DNA of 64,000 bases, taken from assembly GCA_965178125.1 (NCBI GenBank), contig OZ237753.1:62001-126000 (forward strand). The letters run 5' to 3'. The first letter of the stretch is position 1. Each line of letters opens with the position of its first letter. Position numbers and translations under genes: made by a program. This DNA is from Bilabrum cf. latius. Lineage: Eukaryota. Shown here in pieces: positions 1 to 13,759 of this stretch. The notes under the pieces were generated by a model, which made no database searches, was not told where the DNA came from, and worked only from the letters and a program-made list of their open reading frames with translations.

Positions 1-3000
1 AGGGCCACCGCATGCCTGGTTTCCCCCTTGCGGCCGGCCACCACCACGAGAGCGTCCACCAGGGCCAGTGGGCTGCTGGCCACGGCCAGGCCGAGCCCGG
101 CCCCGCCTGCCTCTCCGTGGTCACCCGACAGGCTCGTGAGGCACTGTGCCGCGCCGGCAACCAGCGATCGGAGCCGCCCGCACGCCTCGGGGTGTCCCCC
201 CGTCACGCTGGCCCCAGCCACGGCGTCTGCACCGCCCATCTGCGCCAGCAGCCGAAGCACCACCTCGGGCGTGTGGACCTCCACCAGCCTGGCCCGACAG
301 GCCCCGGAGGCCAGCGCGGCGGCCCCGACGAGCCCGAGGCACTGCTGCACCGCGAGGAACCTCCACCGGCACATGGACTCGTCCTCCGCACGCACCGCCA
401 TCTGCAGAGGCCCGTCTGTGGGCGGCAGCGCAGTGGACCTGGAGGCCTGCTTGCCCTCGGAATCCAGGGCGCCTGACCTGCCCGTGTCCCCGTACGAGAC
501 ACCAGCCAGCCGCTGTGCATGCCCCGCAGGGATCTCGCGGGAGAGCGCCGGCACACCGGCCAGCTCCGCCAGCCGCGGCAGGTCGGCCAGGTTGCAGTAC
601 TCGTACACGAGCCTCGAGGCGGCCGCCAGCGCCATCCCTCGGCTGATCGCTTCCTGCCCCGCCTCGTGCTCGCAGAGGGCACGCAGGCACCTGGACGCCC
701 ACAGGGTCTGCTCCAGGGCCTGCGGGGTCACGGCCCCAAGCCCCTGCGCGTTGCAGTACCTGGCCATCGCGTCCAGCACGCCGGTGCAGGCCTCCACCGC
801 GCCCGCCCGCAGCATGGCCGCCGCGTGCCGCTGGGAGGCCATCGTGGCCGCCTGCCCTTGGGCGATGAGGGCACAGCGCATGCACCGCATGGCCTCCACG
901 ACCAAAGAGTGCCGCCCCGGCGTGCTCACGTGGCCGGTCAGCAGTGCCACCGACTGCCTGAGGCTGCCCAGCGGGAGCGGCTGGCCGGTCAGCGACACGC
1001 CGCCCGAGGCCGCAGCGGCGGCGGTCCCCAGCTCATCAGGGGACGCTGGACCCAGCCGTCCGTTGGTCACGTCGCGGGCCAGCGACGCCACGGCCGCCAG
1101 CTGTTCCCCGATCTGGGCCGTCTGCATGTCTCTGCAGCACAGCAGGCAGGAGCAGTAGGCGCGCGCTAGAGTCGCACGCACCGCGTCGATGGCGAGACCT
1201 TCCTCCGTCTTCTCGCGGCCCTCTGCCGGTGCACGCGTGGCGCTGAGCATCGCCAGCTGCTGGCAAATGGCCGGCCCCACCTGCTTTGCGAACATGGCGC
1301 TCTGCGTGTTCTGCAGCAGCACCAGCGGCACGCCCGCGGGAATGGCGCTCTCGTCGCCAAGCTCGGAGAACAGTGGGAGAGGGGCCGTGGCGGATGCGGC
1401 GCTGGCAGCGCTGGCCGCCTGCCCTGCCGCTGCACCGCCCCCCGCACCTGCCCCCGCCCCCGCCCCGCCGGCCATTGCCAGACTCTCCCGCATGGCATGG
1501 GCCATCGCGGCGTCCCCGAACATGGCGGCGTGCAGCTGCTGTTGCTGCTGCTGTTGCCCGAGCCCGACACCCGTGCCTGTGCCTGCTCCAGGCCCCCCCC
1601 CTCGAGACACGGCCGCCTCCGGGGGAGTGGCCCCTTCCAGCTCGAGCTGGAGCGCGTGCCTGGCATACCCCGGCAGCCCCTGCCTGCCCCCAGGGGGCCC
1701 GATCGGCATGAGCGTGCCGTCGTCCGTCTGCAGGCCCCACAGGACGAGCGAATTCACGGCTGCGCCGGCCATCGCTACCAGCGGCGTGCACTCGTCACCC
1801 TCCTGCAGCAGCTGTGCCTGCAGCGCACCCACCACCCCGCTTTTCACCACGGCAGAGTCGAAGTCCTGGGACAGCAGCTGGTGCACCGCCGCAACCTCCC
1901 TGGGCCCGCTCCTGCGATCAGCCGCCTTCATCTGCGACTGAGCCGAGGCGTTGGCCTGGTACGCCAGGGAACAAGCGCATGCGAGCCGCATGCCCACCAT
2001 GGAGGCCAGAGCGCTGCTCCCAGGCGCAGACATGAGCTGCTCTGCCGCCCGGAGCAGCATCTCGGGCCCGCCGTCACCCTCCACTCTCACGAGCACCTCT
2101 GCGAACGTGCCGGGGGGCGTAACTACGGCGATGGTACTTGCTCGTGCTGCTCGTGCTGATGGGGCAGTAGATGCTCCCGCTGCATCCTGCGGCGGCATGG
2201 GCGCCGCTCCCTGGGCTGTCCCCCTTGCCTTGCTTGCTACCTGCAGCCCCGGCTTGCGCGCCAGGAGGCCAGTCGCGGCGGCGTACCCCTCCAGGCACCG
2301 ACTAAGCCCCAGCATCGCCCGCAGGTACTCGGAGCTGAAATCCTTCCCGCCGGGCGCCTTGGCTCCGTGCGCGTGCCCCTGCGCCGCCCTCCGGTGGGTC
2401 TCCTGCCGGGCATACAGCTGGAACCTCCTGAACGAGAGGAAGGCCTGCCCCGCCGCTGCCTGCTCCGCCGCGTCCGCCTCCGACCCCGCCTGCACTCGGG
2501 CCTCGCAGGCGTTCCTCGCGCTGTGGTGGATGCGCTCCGCCGCGAGCTGGGCCTGCTGCTTGCACAGCTTGCATAGGTACCCTGGCTCTGTGAGCTGGGG
2601 GGAGGCCCCGCATGAGCCCCCCACCGTCTCTGACCGGGTGCTGGCTCCCGGCCCATCCAGCGCGATGGCGTGCTTGTTGGTGTCGCATGCTGCCAGCACA
2701 AAGTACATCCCGCAGCTCGTGCACGTGTAGGCCCTGTTCAGGATCCCGAACGCCTGCCCGGTGCTGAAGCAGACGGGGTTGTCGGCGGTGGTGGGCTTGG
2801 CCGGGGGCAGCAGCTCCGGCGGCGCGAGCTCGCTGCAGGCGATGCGACTCCACAATTGGGCCGGACTAGCGGATGAAGAGGAGGGAGAGGGGCCCTAGCT
2901 TGGCTGGCCCCGGCCCGAGGCGGCAGCAGGGGCAGCAAAGCCTGCAATCGATTGTCCACCTGCTTGGGACTGCGGGGCTGCCCTCGCCTGCTCATTCCTG

Positions 3001-3509
3001 TCGCTTTCCTGCAGCGCAGCGATAGCTGCTGCATCTTCTGGGCTGAGACCAGACGTCCCTGCGGGCTGGACGCTCGCAGCAGGCTGCGGTTGATAGCCGG
3101 GAGTCTAGCTCGTTCCTGCCGTGCCCGGTGCTCCTGGGGGCTCCACACCTGCCTCTCCTGCATTATGCGAGGCGAAATCATACAATGGATTGTATTTGAT
3201 CAAAATGAATGTTTCTTCGCTGGAGATAAGGAGCGAGCTGCCGCAACATGAACACATAGCAGCCACACCAAAGTCTCCGTCTGCGACCCCTCACGATAAT
3301 CTGCCTCAGTAGGAGGTTCCCACTGAGTTTTCTGCTTTGCATGATTAATATAATACACTTTTCCTTGGTGGTGTCCTCTTTCCCAATCTGTGAGGCAGTA
3401 CAAGTAGCTTATAAGAGGATGAAACCGCGTGTGTATCGATCACCTGCAACATCGTACAAAAGCAGTAATTTGACTCACTTGGCGGAAGAGGTGTATTTGG
3501 ATCACTCAT
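1..3509 (-). CDS. WW-domain and FYVE-like zinc-finger protein, 3'-partial; exons 3509-3479, 3387-3295, 3157-<1
   Basis: Splicing at GTGAG...CAG introns gives MSDPNTPLPPNWERGHHQGKVYYINHAKQKTQWEPP, a clear WW domain. The last exon contains CFSTGQAFGILNRAYTCTSCGMYF...CKLC (FYVE-like). In-frame TAG at 3107-3105 and 2897-2895 lie in a Q/P-rich linker. The frame appears open to the window edge. Confidence 0.8.
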
Positions 3510-3681
3510 AATCACCTACGGCAAGGATTGAGTGGTGTATTTGAAGTAAAATGTGCTGAGTTGCACTCTGGTATCCCCGCTTGTTCAGATCCGGACAATT
3601 CTCGGAAATGCGAACATTCATGAACCCGACTAGTCCAATCCGGAGCGCAAATGGCCCACGGCGTTGGGTTAAACAATAGTC

Positions 3682-4884
3682 ATGGCAGCTACACTAGCGG
3701 TCATATTTATTCTCGTATCAAATATCGGCGCCGCTGTGATCCGATAGCCGGCCCAAGTCGAGCGACAAGATTCATCGCCGGATGTAGCTTGTGCAGCCCG
3801 ATTGATCGTTGCTGCATATGAACAACTGCTACCATGGCTCCACCCGAGGGATGTTGGGGCCCTTGGGATGTTATTCTGCTCTAGTGCAGGTAATCCTTAC
3901 CTGGAGTATGGCAGCGGCGGTTCTACTCGAATGGCTGTCGCGTCGAAATTGCTGCACTCTCGTGGACGAGGGCAGCAGAATACGCTCGTAGTTGAAGGTA
4001 GTTAGCAGTTTTTGGCCGATTTAATAGCCAAAATTGCATCTGATGTGCAGGAATTACAGCCCGGGACCCCGCCCATGTTGCTGACGACGTCACCGTTCAT
4101 GGGCCCAGTGGGTGCCTGGAGCTACCCAACCGGAGCAAACATCGTGCGCAACAAGAATGGGAAGCCGGTCCTTTCGCAGCCCAATCCGTATGCGCACGCC
4201 TACCCCATGTACTCCAGGGCCGGCCAGGAGCTGATGCGCCAGTCCGCTCTCCTGCAGCCGGAGGCAAGTACTGAGCGACCCCACCCAGAGGGAGGGTGGC
4301 CCGTTGGGCTGTTCGGGGAGGTTGCGGGTCTGAAGGACAGGAGCGTGCCGGAGCTGGTGCTGGTGGACGGCCGATTCCGAGTTGCCTGCGTGCTTCGGGT
4401 GATCAAGGAGTGGGGAGACGTTCCCTTGATCCTGCTGGACGACTTCAACGAGAGGCAGAGGTCCTACGGGTCAGTGCTGCGGTTCGCCAAGCCATGGCTG
4501 GGGATGGACCCGTTCTTGAGGGAGGGGCACGCAGCCATTGCAAAGGCAAAGGAGCTGAAGGAGGGAGGAAGCAAGTCGATGACCGACATGCAGCAGAAGA
4601 TGCTCGAGCAGTCCCTGCGGGGGGACGTCCCGCCGGTGAGCGAAGAGCAAGCCAGGCGGTACGTCCAAGAGGCCCTTCCGCCGTTCCTGGAGCGGTTAAT
4701 GCGGGACCTGGGGGGCGCTCCTGAGGGTTTCATCGCCCCGGACCAGTACGTGGACGAGGAGCAGCTGCACCTGCCCAGCATGGGCATGCGGCGGGGGCTA
4801 TGGATGAAGGGGCTGCCCAAGGGGCAGAGGGACGAGGCGGCGCTGGACGCTGCCATTCAGGCGTTCAGCTTCATCGCGCAGTGA
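3682..4884 (+). CDS. SAM-dependent methyltransferase-like protein with N-terminal signal/anchor (~400 aa)
   Basis: One frame when TAG 3745 and 4003 are read through. Hydrophobic N-terminus MAATLAVIFILV; motifs YLEYGSGGST, LVLVDGRFRVAC and ILLDD; ends TGA TGA. Confidence 0.7.
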
Positions 4885-5110
4885 TGAGGTTTGGGGGTGG
4901 TGTTTAGGTTAGTGCATCGATTAATAGGATAGTATATGAATGACATTCGCCACCGTGCTTATATGCGGCACTGAATGCAGCAAGTGCCGAACGAGTCCAT
5001 GACTTGCGGCGGAATACACCTGTTGCGTGTACATTTTGTGTTATTCTGGTTTTTGCGATTTCCCTGCGCCTCGTCGCCAGGTTGCGCCAAAACCGTGCAT
5101 ACGAAACAAA

Positions 5111-5845
5111 ATGGCATCTGCTAAGGGAGCTAAGATCTTCAAGACCAAGTGCGCTCAGTGCCACACTGTTGAGAAGGTAAGAGTAGCGAACTATCAGCTA
5201 TTTTTACTGCAAAGGGGCACTGCACCTTGCTTGACGTGATAGTGATGTGGCTCGGTTCAATCCGACATTTGCAGCTGTGCAAGGTAGTTCTGGCACGTTT
5301 GGTGCCGTGATATCAATTATGTCAAGTATATTTACTGAATGGTACTAGTAGTAGTGCACATGGATGCGTTTATTGGCATGCAGAATGCCAGTGTTGAAGG
5401 GAACGGCAGTCTCAGCACGATAAGCCGCCCTGACCAGTTCTCCCCTGTTTGTTAACCCTGGACGCGCATCTTGGTTATAAACCTGCATGTGGCGTTGAAA
5501 AAATGCTGGAAAATGTGTCGTTCCATCGTTTTCTGGTGTAGACGACCCCATCCACGCGTCTGCTGATTGTTTTGTGTCCGCCCATTTGCTCCATCGCAGG
5601 GTGGCTCGCACATGCAGGGCCCCAACTTGAACGGCCTGTTCGGACGCACTGCTGGTACCACGGCGGGGTACAGCTACTCCAAGGCGAACAAGACCAGCGG
5701 GATCGTGTGGGGTGAGGACACCCTGTTCGCGTACCTGAAGAACCCCAAGAAATACATCAAGGGAACCAAGATGATCTTCGCTGGCCTCAAGAAGGAGAAG
5801 GACAGGAACGACCTCATCGCCTACTTGAAGGAGGCGACCGCCTGA
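5111..5845 (+). CDS. CYC1: Cytochrome c (exons 5111-5176 and 5600-5845; 103 aa)
   Basis: [34 protein letters not shown]...[15 protein letters not shown], with the CxxCH haem motif. Intron GTAAG...CGCAG at 5177-5599; TGA stop. Confidence 0.97.
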
Positions 5846-6460
5846 GCCGGGAACCAGCGATGAGGCGTTTGCGCTGGTTGGTCTGGCCAGCCGCAAATGC
5901 ACTGCATAGAATGTCGGATTGCGAGTTAAATATTCTTTTCGACGGAATTTGTTTATCTTGTCCAACTGGGGCCTCATTGTGTTCGCAATCAGTGCCATGA
6001 TATCGATGGTGAGCCTGTGTGATACTGCGGCTCTTTCAGAGGCCCAGCTCAGCCAGCAGGCGAGCACAGACAATCGCGAGTGCACGAGTTGTCCGGTCCC
6101 AGATCACGAATCAGGCAGCTCCAACTGCTCCGTGCCGGCCTGCAACGTCTTCGTGTTGTAGCCTCCGGATGGACTTGCCACCTAATTTGCATCGTTTCAC
6201 ACAGCTTGCTTAGGCGTAACACTTGCCTATGTATTATCACCCCAAAAAATATGATGCAGTGCGTTGTCTGGCGAACGAGAACGCCGCGTGCTGCCAAGCT
6301 GCGGTAAGAACGGAACCGGCTGACACACAAGTGCAACTCAGGATGGGTGTGCCAAAGAGCTCAAGTTGTGCCGCGCCACAAGGAGATCTGGAAGTTTCTA
6401 TTATTTTCTTGTGCGTAACTTTCGCATGATTAAGCATGGCAAAGGGGAGTAGCACCTGGA

Positions 6461-6972
6461 ATGTTGATGTTGATGTTGATGTTGATGTTGCTGCTTGCAG
6501 TCATGGCCGCCTCGCTGTGGCCTGTGGGGGAGACGTTCGGGCCCCCTGGGTACATCAACAGGACCTTGCATGGAAGCAAGTGCGTCCAGCAGTCTGATGA
6601 AGGTGCAACCCCTTTGTTTCCGGACATGCAAGCCGACACAGAGGGCGTGCTTGTAGCGAGCAGATTCGCGAATGGGACGATGCGGCTGGCACTGTCCAAC
6701 TCGCAGCAGGAGATCAGGCCCCGCGTCATGCGCATGACCCTCCTTCATTTCGATGGGAGCTGCACGTAGGTCAACGGCACGGCAGGGCATGCACGCGCCC
6801 TGCAGGCGCTGCCCTAGTCTGCGGCGCTGGAAGACGTGGCAGGAGCTTGTGACTGCCGGCGAGGCTACCATCAACGCGGGCTTGCCTGACGATCGCAACA
6901 TTTAGGGGAGCATGCGCCTGTGGGTTGTGAACTACATGTCGTACGATGCCGCAGCTGCCGCACCTGGTTGAT
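6461..6972 (+). CDS. Possible multi-exon hypothetical protein (structure unresolved; may extend upstream to ~5910)
   Basis: Coding-like stretches in two frames (MAASLWPVGETFGPP... and WKTWQELVTAGEATINAG...) can be joined by a short putative GT-AG intron at ~6766-6805. No family recognised. Confidence 0.3.
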
Positions 6973-7087
6973 CCATCCGATCCACGGGTGGACTCCGAAT
7001 CTCCGAATCATCCGTTCCGTTGTGGCGTACTTACGCAGATCGTTTGCTGATTCTACCCTGGCAATGCATGATTTCTATTTGTGATAA

Positions 7088-8434
7088 ATGCTAGGATACA
7101 TTGCGGTAGATCAGCGGTCCTTACGGCACCTCGCATCATATGAGCATGGCGAGTACGCAGGAGGTTCATCGAGCAGTCGATTGATGAGCATTGGCCCGAT
7201 GCTAGCTGCTCTGCACCGCTCTTGCTAGCTTGGGCCTGCCCCACCATCTGAATCGAAGGATCGACCGCGTACATGCTTGCCGGTATACGTTGATACTGGA
7301 CTATTTCGAGTGGCCTTCGCTGTGTCGGCTGTTCCAAAGCCAGGCGGGGCCGCAGCATTGTCCCGCCTGTCAGTGGAGCACGTGCTCGGTATATGTGTAG
7401 GATCTAGTGAATACGATAGAGAGCTCTTGCTGCGCCTGAGTGCTGAGATTACCACAAAGTTTGTCTAGCTCGCTGGAAACTCATTAGCCGAGGGACGCCT
7501 GAAACGCTTTAAGAAGTTTACAAGGTGGTGCAGCACATTTATTATTGACAGTTTGACGAGCTCCGCCTAGGAGGGAACAAGCGGGCCAGCTGCTGCTTAG
7601 TCTCAGGCGGAACTGCCAGGAAACGACGGGATGGACTACCTCCTCGATTGCGGAGCCTCCAGCCGTTTCATGAAGCGCAAGCGAAGATTGAAGGAATGCT
7701 TTGACCCAATTGATCCTGGTCATTCTTTAGCTGAAGGAGCCGCAGTGTCTTCATCCGGAGCTGAGGGTGAGACTGCGATTGCGTGTGCGAAGCTGTCGAG
7801 GTCAGCAGCTGATCCAACTACTAGACTTGAAGCGAGCACAGCGGCCCGGGGCACGGCTGATGGTATCGGTAGTGACGGTGCATCTAGCGCGCCATCATTA
7901 CCTTTTGCAATTAGAAGCGGCTCAGAAACCGCATCTCACGGTGCGAGCACAAGGGCACGGGCACAAGGAGGGGCACGGGCACAAGGAGGGGCACGGGCAC
8001 AAGGAGGGGCACGGGCACAAGGTGGGGCAGGGGCAGGGGCAGGGGCAGGGGCAGGGGCAGGGGCACAAGGTGGGGCAGGGGCAGGGGCAGGGGCAGGGGC
8101 AGGGGCAGGGGCAGGGGCAGGGGCAGGGGCAGGGGCAGGGGCAAGGGCAGGGGCAGAGGCAGGTCGCCCGCGTGCAGGCGGCACAATCGCAAGCGATACT
8201 GGCGCTGGTGGGCATCACGGGACACCCAAGACGCCGGGTCACTCTAAGTGCGATCCCGACGGCGGTTCGCTGCGCCCAGCCGAGGGCACGCCCATGCCCA
8301 GCCAGGCCGCAACAGTGGGGTCCGGTGCTGCCCCTGGTACTGCCCTCGGTATGGACACTGAGGGGGGCACAGATGGGGGTGGGGGTGGGGGTGGCTTCTT
8401 GGCTTGGCTCACGGGTAGGCGACGGCCGGGGTGA
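7088..8434 (+). CDS. Hypothetical protein (~448 aa) with a Gly-Ala repeat tract
   Basis: ATG directly follows an in-frame TAA. One frame joins ORFs 7277 and 7631 once TAG 7226, 7466, 7568 and 7598 are read through; ends TGA. Confidence 0.6.
7953..8157 (+). repeat. Coding tandem repeats: 18-bp unit about x4, then (GGGGCA)n
   Basis: GGGGCACGGGCACAAGGA-type units followed by GGGGCA hexamers, encoding GARAQG and (GA)n. Confidence 0.9.
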
Positions 8435-8602
8435 TGTGTGCTCGTGTGGAGCCTAGTATAGAAGGATTGATGGGGCAGAGCAGAAGAGAGCTCATCTAGG
8501 CCTGCTGGTTGTATCGCATTACCAAGAAAAACCACAACTTTGTTGTGTCGACGAACTCACATCCAACATTTATCACAACATCCCATGCTTTATGTTCCTC
8601 AC

Positions 8603-10825
8603 TCAGGCTGCATTGTACGAGCACCGGTCCAAGCACCTGCTCATGGCATGCATCCTGTGCCACGACCCTGGCCCCGGCTACTGCTGCCATGCAAAGCACC
8701 CCGAGCTTGTTCCCTCATTCCCCTCCGCGTGCCCCTGACCATCCACCCTGCTTCCCCCCTTGCCCCCACCACCGCTCCCTTGTTCCCCAAGCAGCTTGTC
8801 CATCCTCCGCAGGTCCTCCCTATACCCCACCACCCTGTTTCGCCACTCCACGACTCCCACCAGCCGGTCCAGCAGCCACTGACCCAACGCCTCCAACCAC
8901 CCCGTGCTCTCCTCCTCCTCCTTTCCGCCACCACCACCCCCCTGCTATTCTCCGACTAGCCCGTGCTCGGTCGCACGCCCGGTGATGTGCGGCGCCAGCC
9001 ACCACTCCTTGCTGCGTGCGCTCGACCCTGCCGCCCAGCGACCCACGGCATCTGCATGGCACCGCAGTGCAGTGCTGCTGTCAGAGGAGGGCTTCAGCGA
9101 CAGACCGCTGACTCCGGCCGCCGCCCCCCAAGCCCGCATGGCCGCCCGGCTGAGGCTAGTGGCCCTGTACGACGTCACGTGGCCAAACAGGGGCAGGTCA
9201 CTCTGGGCGTGCGACAGCCTCGCGGACACGAACTCGAAGGCGGGCTGGCCCGAGCCCGGGTCTGTCAGTGGGAGCGGGCCGTGGGAGCAGGCGCTCTTGA
9301 TCGGGGCGCTGCGGGCCACTTCACCGTCATATCCTGAGGTTGCAACCGCTTCACCACGAGTTGCAACCGTCCCGCTCGCCTCTGCAAAGGCCGACTGGTC
9401 CCTCCTGTGCAGCCCGCTGCGGATGAGAGCGTCCCAGGCCCGCATGCAGCGGTCTGGGGGAACACTGGGCAAGGATATGGATCGAGATGCGGTGCTCTGG
9501 GCAGGTGCGTTGGCAGCAGCACCAGCACTGGCACCAGCTACAGCGCTGCTGCTGCCAGCTGGCTGCCGCTGCCCAACCCCCCCCACAGCGATGCTCGCTG
9601 CGCATGGCCGCCGTACGACCGCGATGGAGTGTGACGAGTTGCGGGGCCTGTCGGCGTCAGCCCAGCGTCCCTGCGGCGACGCGTCCCTGCCGTCGGGATC
9701 GACCCACTCGTCACACCAAGGGCCGAACCCCACCCCATGGACAGCCCACCCCGCCATGCACTCTCGGACGCAGGCTCTGCTGCGGCCACCAGCCCGCTCG
9801 TTCGGTGGCTCTGCTGCGGCCATCGCGTGGGACCGCTCCAGTTCCAGCACTTTCCCGGCAGGGTACCCCTCACCCTAACCCTCGAGATCTCTCGATAGCC
9901 AGTAGCTGCCCCGCCCCTGCCACGCGCAGAACCCGATGGCGTCCTGACGTGCCACACGCGGCGATGCCTGGCACCTGAGGGGCCCGCATGGAGAGTCCCC
10001 TGGGCGAACGTTCGCTGCTATGCTAGGGTCAAGCGGGCTGCCCTCCGCGAACCCCGGGCGTGTCCACATGAGTAGGACGCCGGTGTGCAGCTGCTCCCAC
10101 GGGAACTGGGGCTGCCTCGGCTGCGGGAAACCGCACACGTCGCCTCGGCGGCAGGACGGATCGCGGGCTGCCTGTTCGAGCCAGGGGTGGATCACCTGGC
10201 CCACGAGAATGTCGCTGTCTATGTACAGCACGGCGACGGGGTCTCGCCGGAAGCACCATCGCTTGGCGAGAGGCGTGCTGCTGCGCTGCTCGCCGGCCCA
10301 TCTCTGACACACCCTTGCCGATGCAACTGCGATTTCAGGCATTCTGGATTTCCAAGATTTCCGTGTCATCGTGATTGCCCGTCGCTCCTCGAAGACTGGA
10401 GTGCCTGCGCGCACCGGGACGTCCACCGTGTCCGGCAGCTCAACCAGATCTAACCACCCGAGGTCTCCCTCGCCATCCGCCTTAGCAAGCCGCTCAAGGC
10501 ACTCTACACCCGATCGAGTAGTCAGAATCTGTATCAACCCTCGCCATTTGCCATGATTTCGCAGCGTTGCAACTGTTGCGAGCAGCGAGTCCCTTCTGCT
10601 AGACTCGCCGATTGCGAGCACTGCGACCGCTGCCCAGTGCTCTGGATTCACACTGTGAATTTTCAATTCGTCGCCATGTGCACCGTGTCCTCGATTTCTG
10701 AGCCATGCCGGACCGAGGCTGGCAGAGTTCGCAATGTGGTGCCCCCCATGGATCGCCCCAATCAAGAATACTACAAACAAGCTGGACAGAGTTAAACAAA
10801 TGAAAGCTTTCTTTCTGTTCAACAT
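8603..10825 (-). CDS. Type II membrane GT-A fold glycosyltransferase-like protein (~740 aa)
   Basis: N-terminal TM anchor; VLYIDSDILV (DxD), LHTGVLL, RDQSAF and FGHVT. ORFs 10825, 9850 and 8896 share one frame, separated only by TAG (9877, 8947, 8680); ends TGA at 8605-8603. Confidence 0.75.
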
Positions 10826-11077
10826 AGGCGAGGACAGCGATACCGCATGCTTGAATCTGTAGGCCCGGAGGAGTTCGACTTTGTGCTGGCCGAACTTTCG
10901 ACCAGATCATCGAGCCGCAGTGGCGCCGTACCAGCGGATACACTATTGCAATCTTGCAGTTGCGATATCATTATACCTTCTTGTCCCACAATTGGAGGGT
11001 CATTGGCTGCAAAGGCTGTCGCAAAGGTCCTGTGACGCTTGTTCTAATTCCGCTGTGAACCAAGGCAGCGTCGCAAC

Positions 11078-13501
11078 ATGCGCCGATTTGTTCAAAGCCG
11101 TTTGCCTGGAACGTTATTAAGAAGAAAACACAACGTAGTTGGTGTCAATGCTGTTTCGAGATCTGCTCGAGGACTCCATTCCGTCATCCGTAGTCGCGTC
11201 CGATCTTGGGACCTGTCGTGGGCTCGAACAACTAGGCAAGCTAGAGCGGTACCGACGGCAACCGATTGGCTGTTTAGTACCGCAAGTTATGCATCCCGCG
11301 CTGGCGACAGCGACGAGGGTGCAAAGCGCAGGGGCTCTGAGAAAGCCGCCGCAGCAGCAAACAGGGCCAGCGCGCAGGCGGCCGCAGCCGCGGGTGCAGC
11401 GGCAGCAGCCGCAAGCACCGGCGGCATGCGAGAGGCCACAGGCGACTGGGAGTCTGCTCGTCGGATTCTGGGCGGCCTCGCGACGCACCTGTGGCCGAAA
11501 GACGAGCCCACGCTCCGGATGCGGGTACTCGCTGCCCTAGGGCTCCTCGTCGGCGCCAAGCTCGTCAACATCCAGGTGCCCTACATGTTCAAAGCAGCCG
11601 TGGACTCGTTAGGCAAGGCCGCGGGGCAGGATGGCGCTATCAAGGAGGGCGCAGAAACCGCCGCGCTGGCAGCCCAGGAGGCCCAGGGTGCCGTGGAGGC
11701 TGCGGGGCTGACGGCCGAGGGCATCGGGGGAACAATCGGGGGAACAATGTTCGCCCTCCTCGCGGGGTACGGCGTGGCGCGGACGGCGGCGGCGGGGATG
11801 CAGGAGGCCCGAAACGCGGTGTTTGCCACGGTGGCCCAGCGTGCCATCCGCAAGGTGGCTGGGGACGTGTTCCAGCACCTGCTCGATCTCGACCTGAGGT
11901 TTCACCTGGGCAGGAGGACAGGGGAGGTGAGCCGCGTGCTGGACCGCGGGTCCCGCAGCATCAATTTCGTGCTCTCTGCCATGGTGTTCAACGTGGTGCC
12001 CACGATTCTCGAGATCGGGCTCGTGTCCGGCATACTGGGCTGGAGCTTCGGGCCACAGTACGCTGCCGTGGTGGTGGGCACGCTGGCGGCGTACACCGCC
12101 TTCACCATCGGCGTCACCCAGTGGCGGACACAGTTCCGGAAGGACATGAATCGCATGGAGAACCAGGCCAGCAGCCGCGCGGTGGACGCCCTGATCAATT
12201 ACGAGACGATCAAGTACTTTGGGAACGAGAAGCACGAGGTCAGCGAGTACGACGAGAAGCTGGGAGGATATTAGGAGGCATGGCTCCGGACACAGACGAG
12301 CCTCAGCTTTCTGAACTTCGGTCAGAACGCGATTTTCTCGGTGGGCCTCAGCTCTGTGATGCTCATGGCCGCAGGGGGCATCATGCGTGGGGAGATGACC
12401 GTGGGTGACTTGATTCTCGTGAACGGGCTCTTGTTCTAGCTGTCCGTCCCCTTGAACTTCATCGGGTCCGTGTACAGGGAGGTGAGGCAGGCCCTCATTG
12501 ACATGGAGCAGATGTACGCGCTGAGGGACACGGCCCCTGACGTGGAGGACGGGCCCGGGGCGAAGCCGCTCGTCTTCCGGCCCGGCCGTGGGGGGGAAAC
12601 CGATGTGATGAGTGCGAGCACTGGGGCGACTGCAGTTGCACCGGACGGTCAGTGGGAGGGCGCGACGGGGCCCGGGCCCGTGGGCGAGATCAAGTTCGAG
12701 AACGTTCGTTTCAGCTACGACGGGCACCGGGACATCCTGTCCGGCCTCAACCTCACGGTCAAGGCCGGCCAGACCGTGGGCGTGGTGGGCCCGAGCGGCT
12801 GCGGCAAGTCCACCTTGGTTCGTCTCGTGTACCGTTTCTTTGACCCCCAGGAGGGGCGCGTGCTGGTGGATGGGCAGGACGTGCGGGATGTGACGAGTGC
12901 GTCCCTGCGCCGCGGGCTGGCGGTTGTCCCCCAGGACACGGTTCTGTTCAACGACACGCTGTACCACAACTTGCACTACGGGGACCTCGATTCGCCCCGT
13001 GAGGCCGTGCTCGAGGCGGCGAGGGTCTCCCGCCTGGAGGAGCAGGTGAGCAGGATGCCCCACGGCTACGACACGGAGGTGGGGGAGAGGGGCCTAAAGC
13101 TCTCGGGGGGGGAGAAGCAGAGGGTGGCCATCGCGCGGGCGGTGCTCAAGGGAGCCCCCGTACTGCTGTGTGACGAGGCCACGTCCTCTTTGGACACCAC
13201 CACGGAGGCCAGCATCATGGGCGCCCTCCGGGAGGTGGCAAAATCCAGGACGACCGTCATGATCGCGCACCGGCTGACGACGGTGATGGACTGCGACCAG
13301 ATCGTGGTGCTGGACCAGGGCAAGGTGGAGGAGCAGGGGACGCACGAGCAGCTGCTCGAGAGGAAGGGGCTCTACTGGAGCATGTGGCAGCAGCAGCTGC
13401 AGGATGGCGGGGAGGACGGAGAACAGAGAATGGGAGGGACCAGGGGCGAGGAGGAGGCGGCCGAGGCGCTGCAGTCGCTTGCTACCGGGCCCCGGACTTG
13501 A
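11078..13501 (+). CDS. ATM1: Mitochondrial ABC transporter ATM1/ABCB7 (807 aa)
   Basis: Arg-rich presequence; TM domain ([33 protein letters not shown][TAG][14 protein letters not shown]); Walker [31 protein letters not shown]. In-frame TAG at 12272 and 12437; TGA stop. Confidence 0.95.
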
Positions 13502-13759
13502 TGACGGAGCATTCGACTGCCAGTGGTGGGAGAGGGGATGCGTGGTTTGTTTTGTTTTGCCGCGCGGGGACATCTCATGCGATGGCATCGGGTTTGCTTG
13601 CATGGGATATTTGAACAGATCACACATGTGCAGGTTGTTGTGAGCCACTGCACATATAAGGTTATAATACAGCACTGTAGGCCTAGATCTAGGCCTAGGC
13701 AGGCTCAACGGCCAACTCGGAGCTACTATATCGCGGACCAGATGTCAGATGTCTCGACC

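Noticed and set aside
28-2730. Long + strand ORFs opposite the WW/FYVE gene, and similar antisense or off-frame ORFs over other genes
   Set aside because: Shadow ORFs caused by high GC3; they show no domains.
7953-8157. CRISPR array or telomeric repeat
   Set aside because: There are no spacers; it is an in-frame low-complexity coding repeat.
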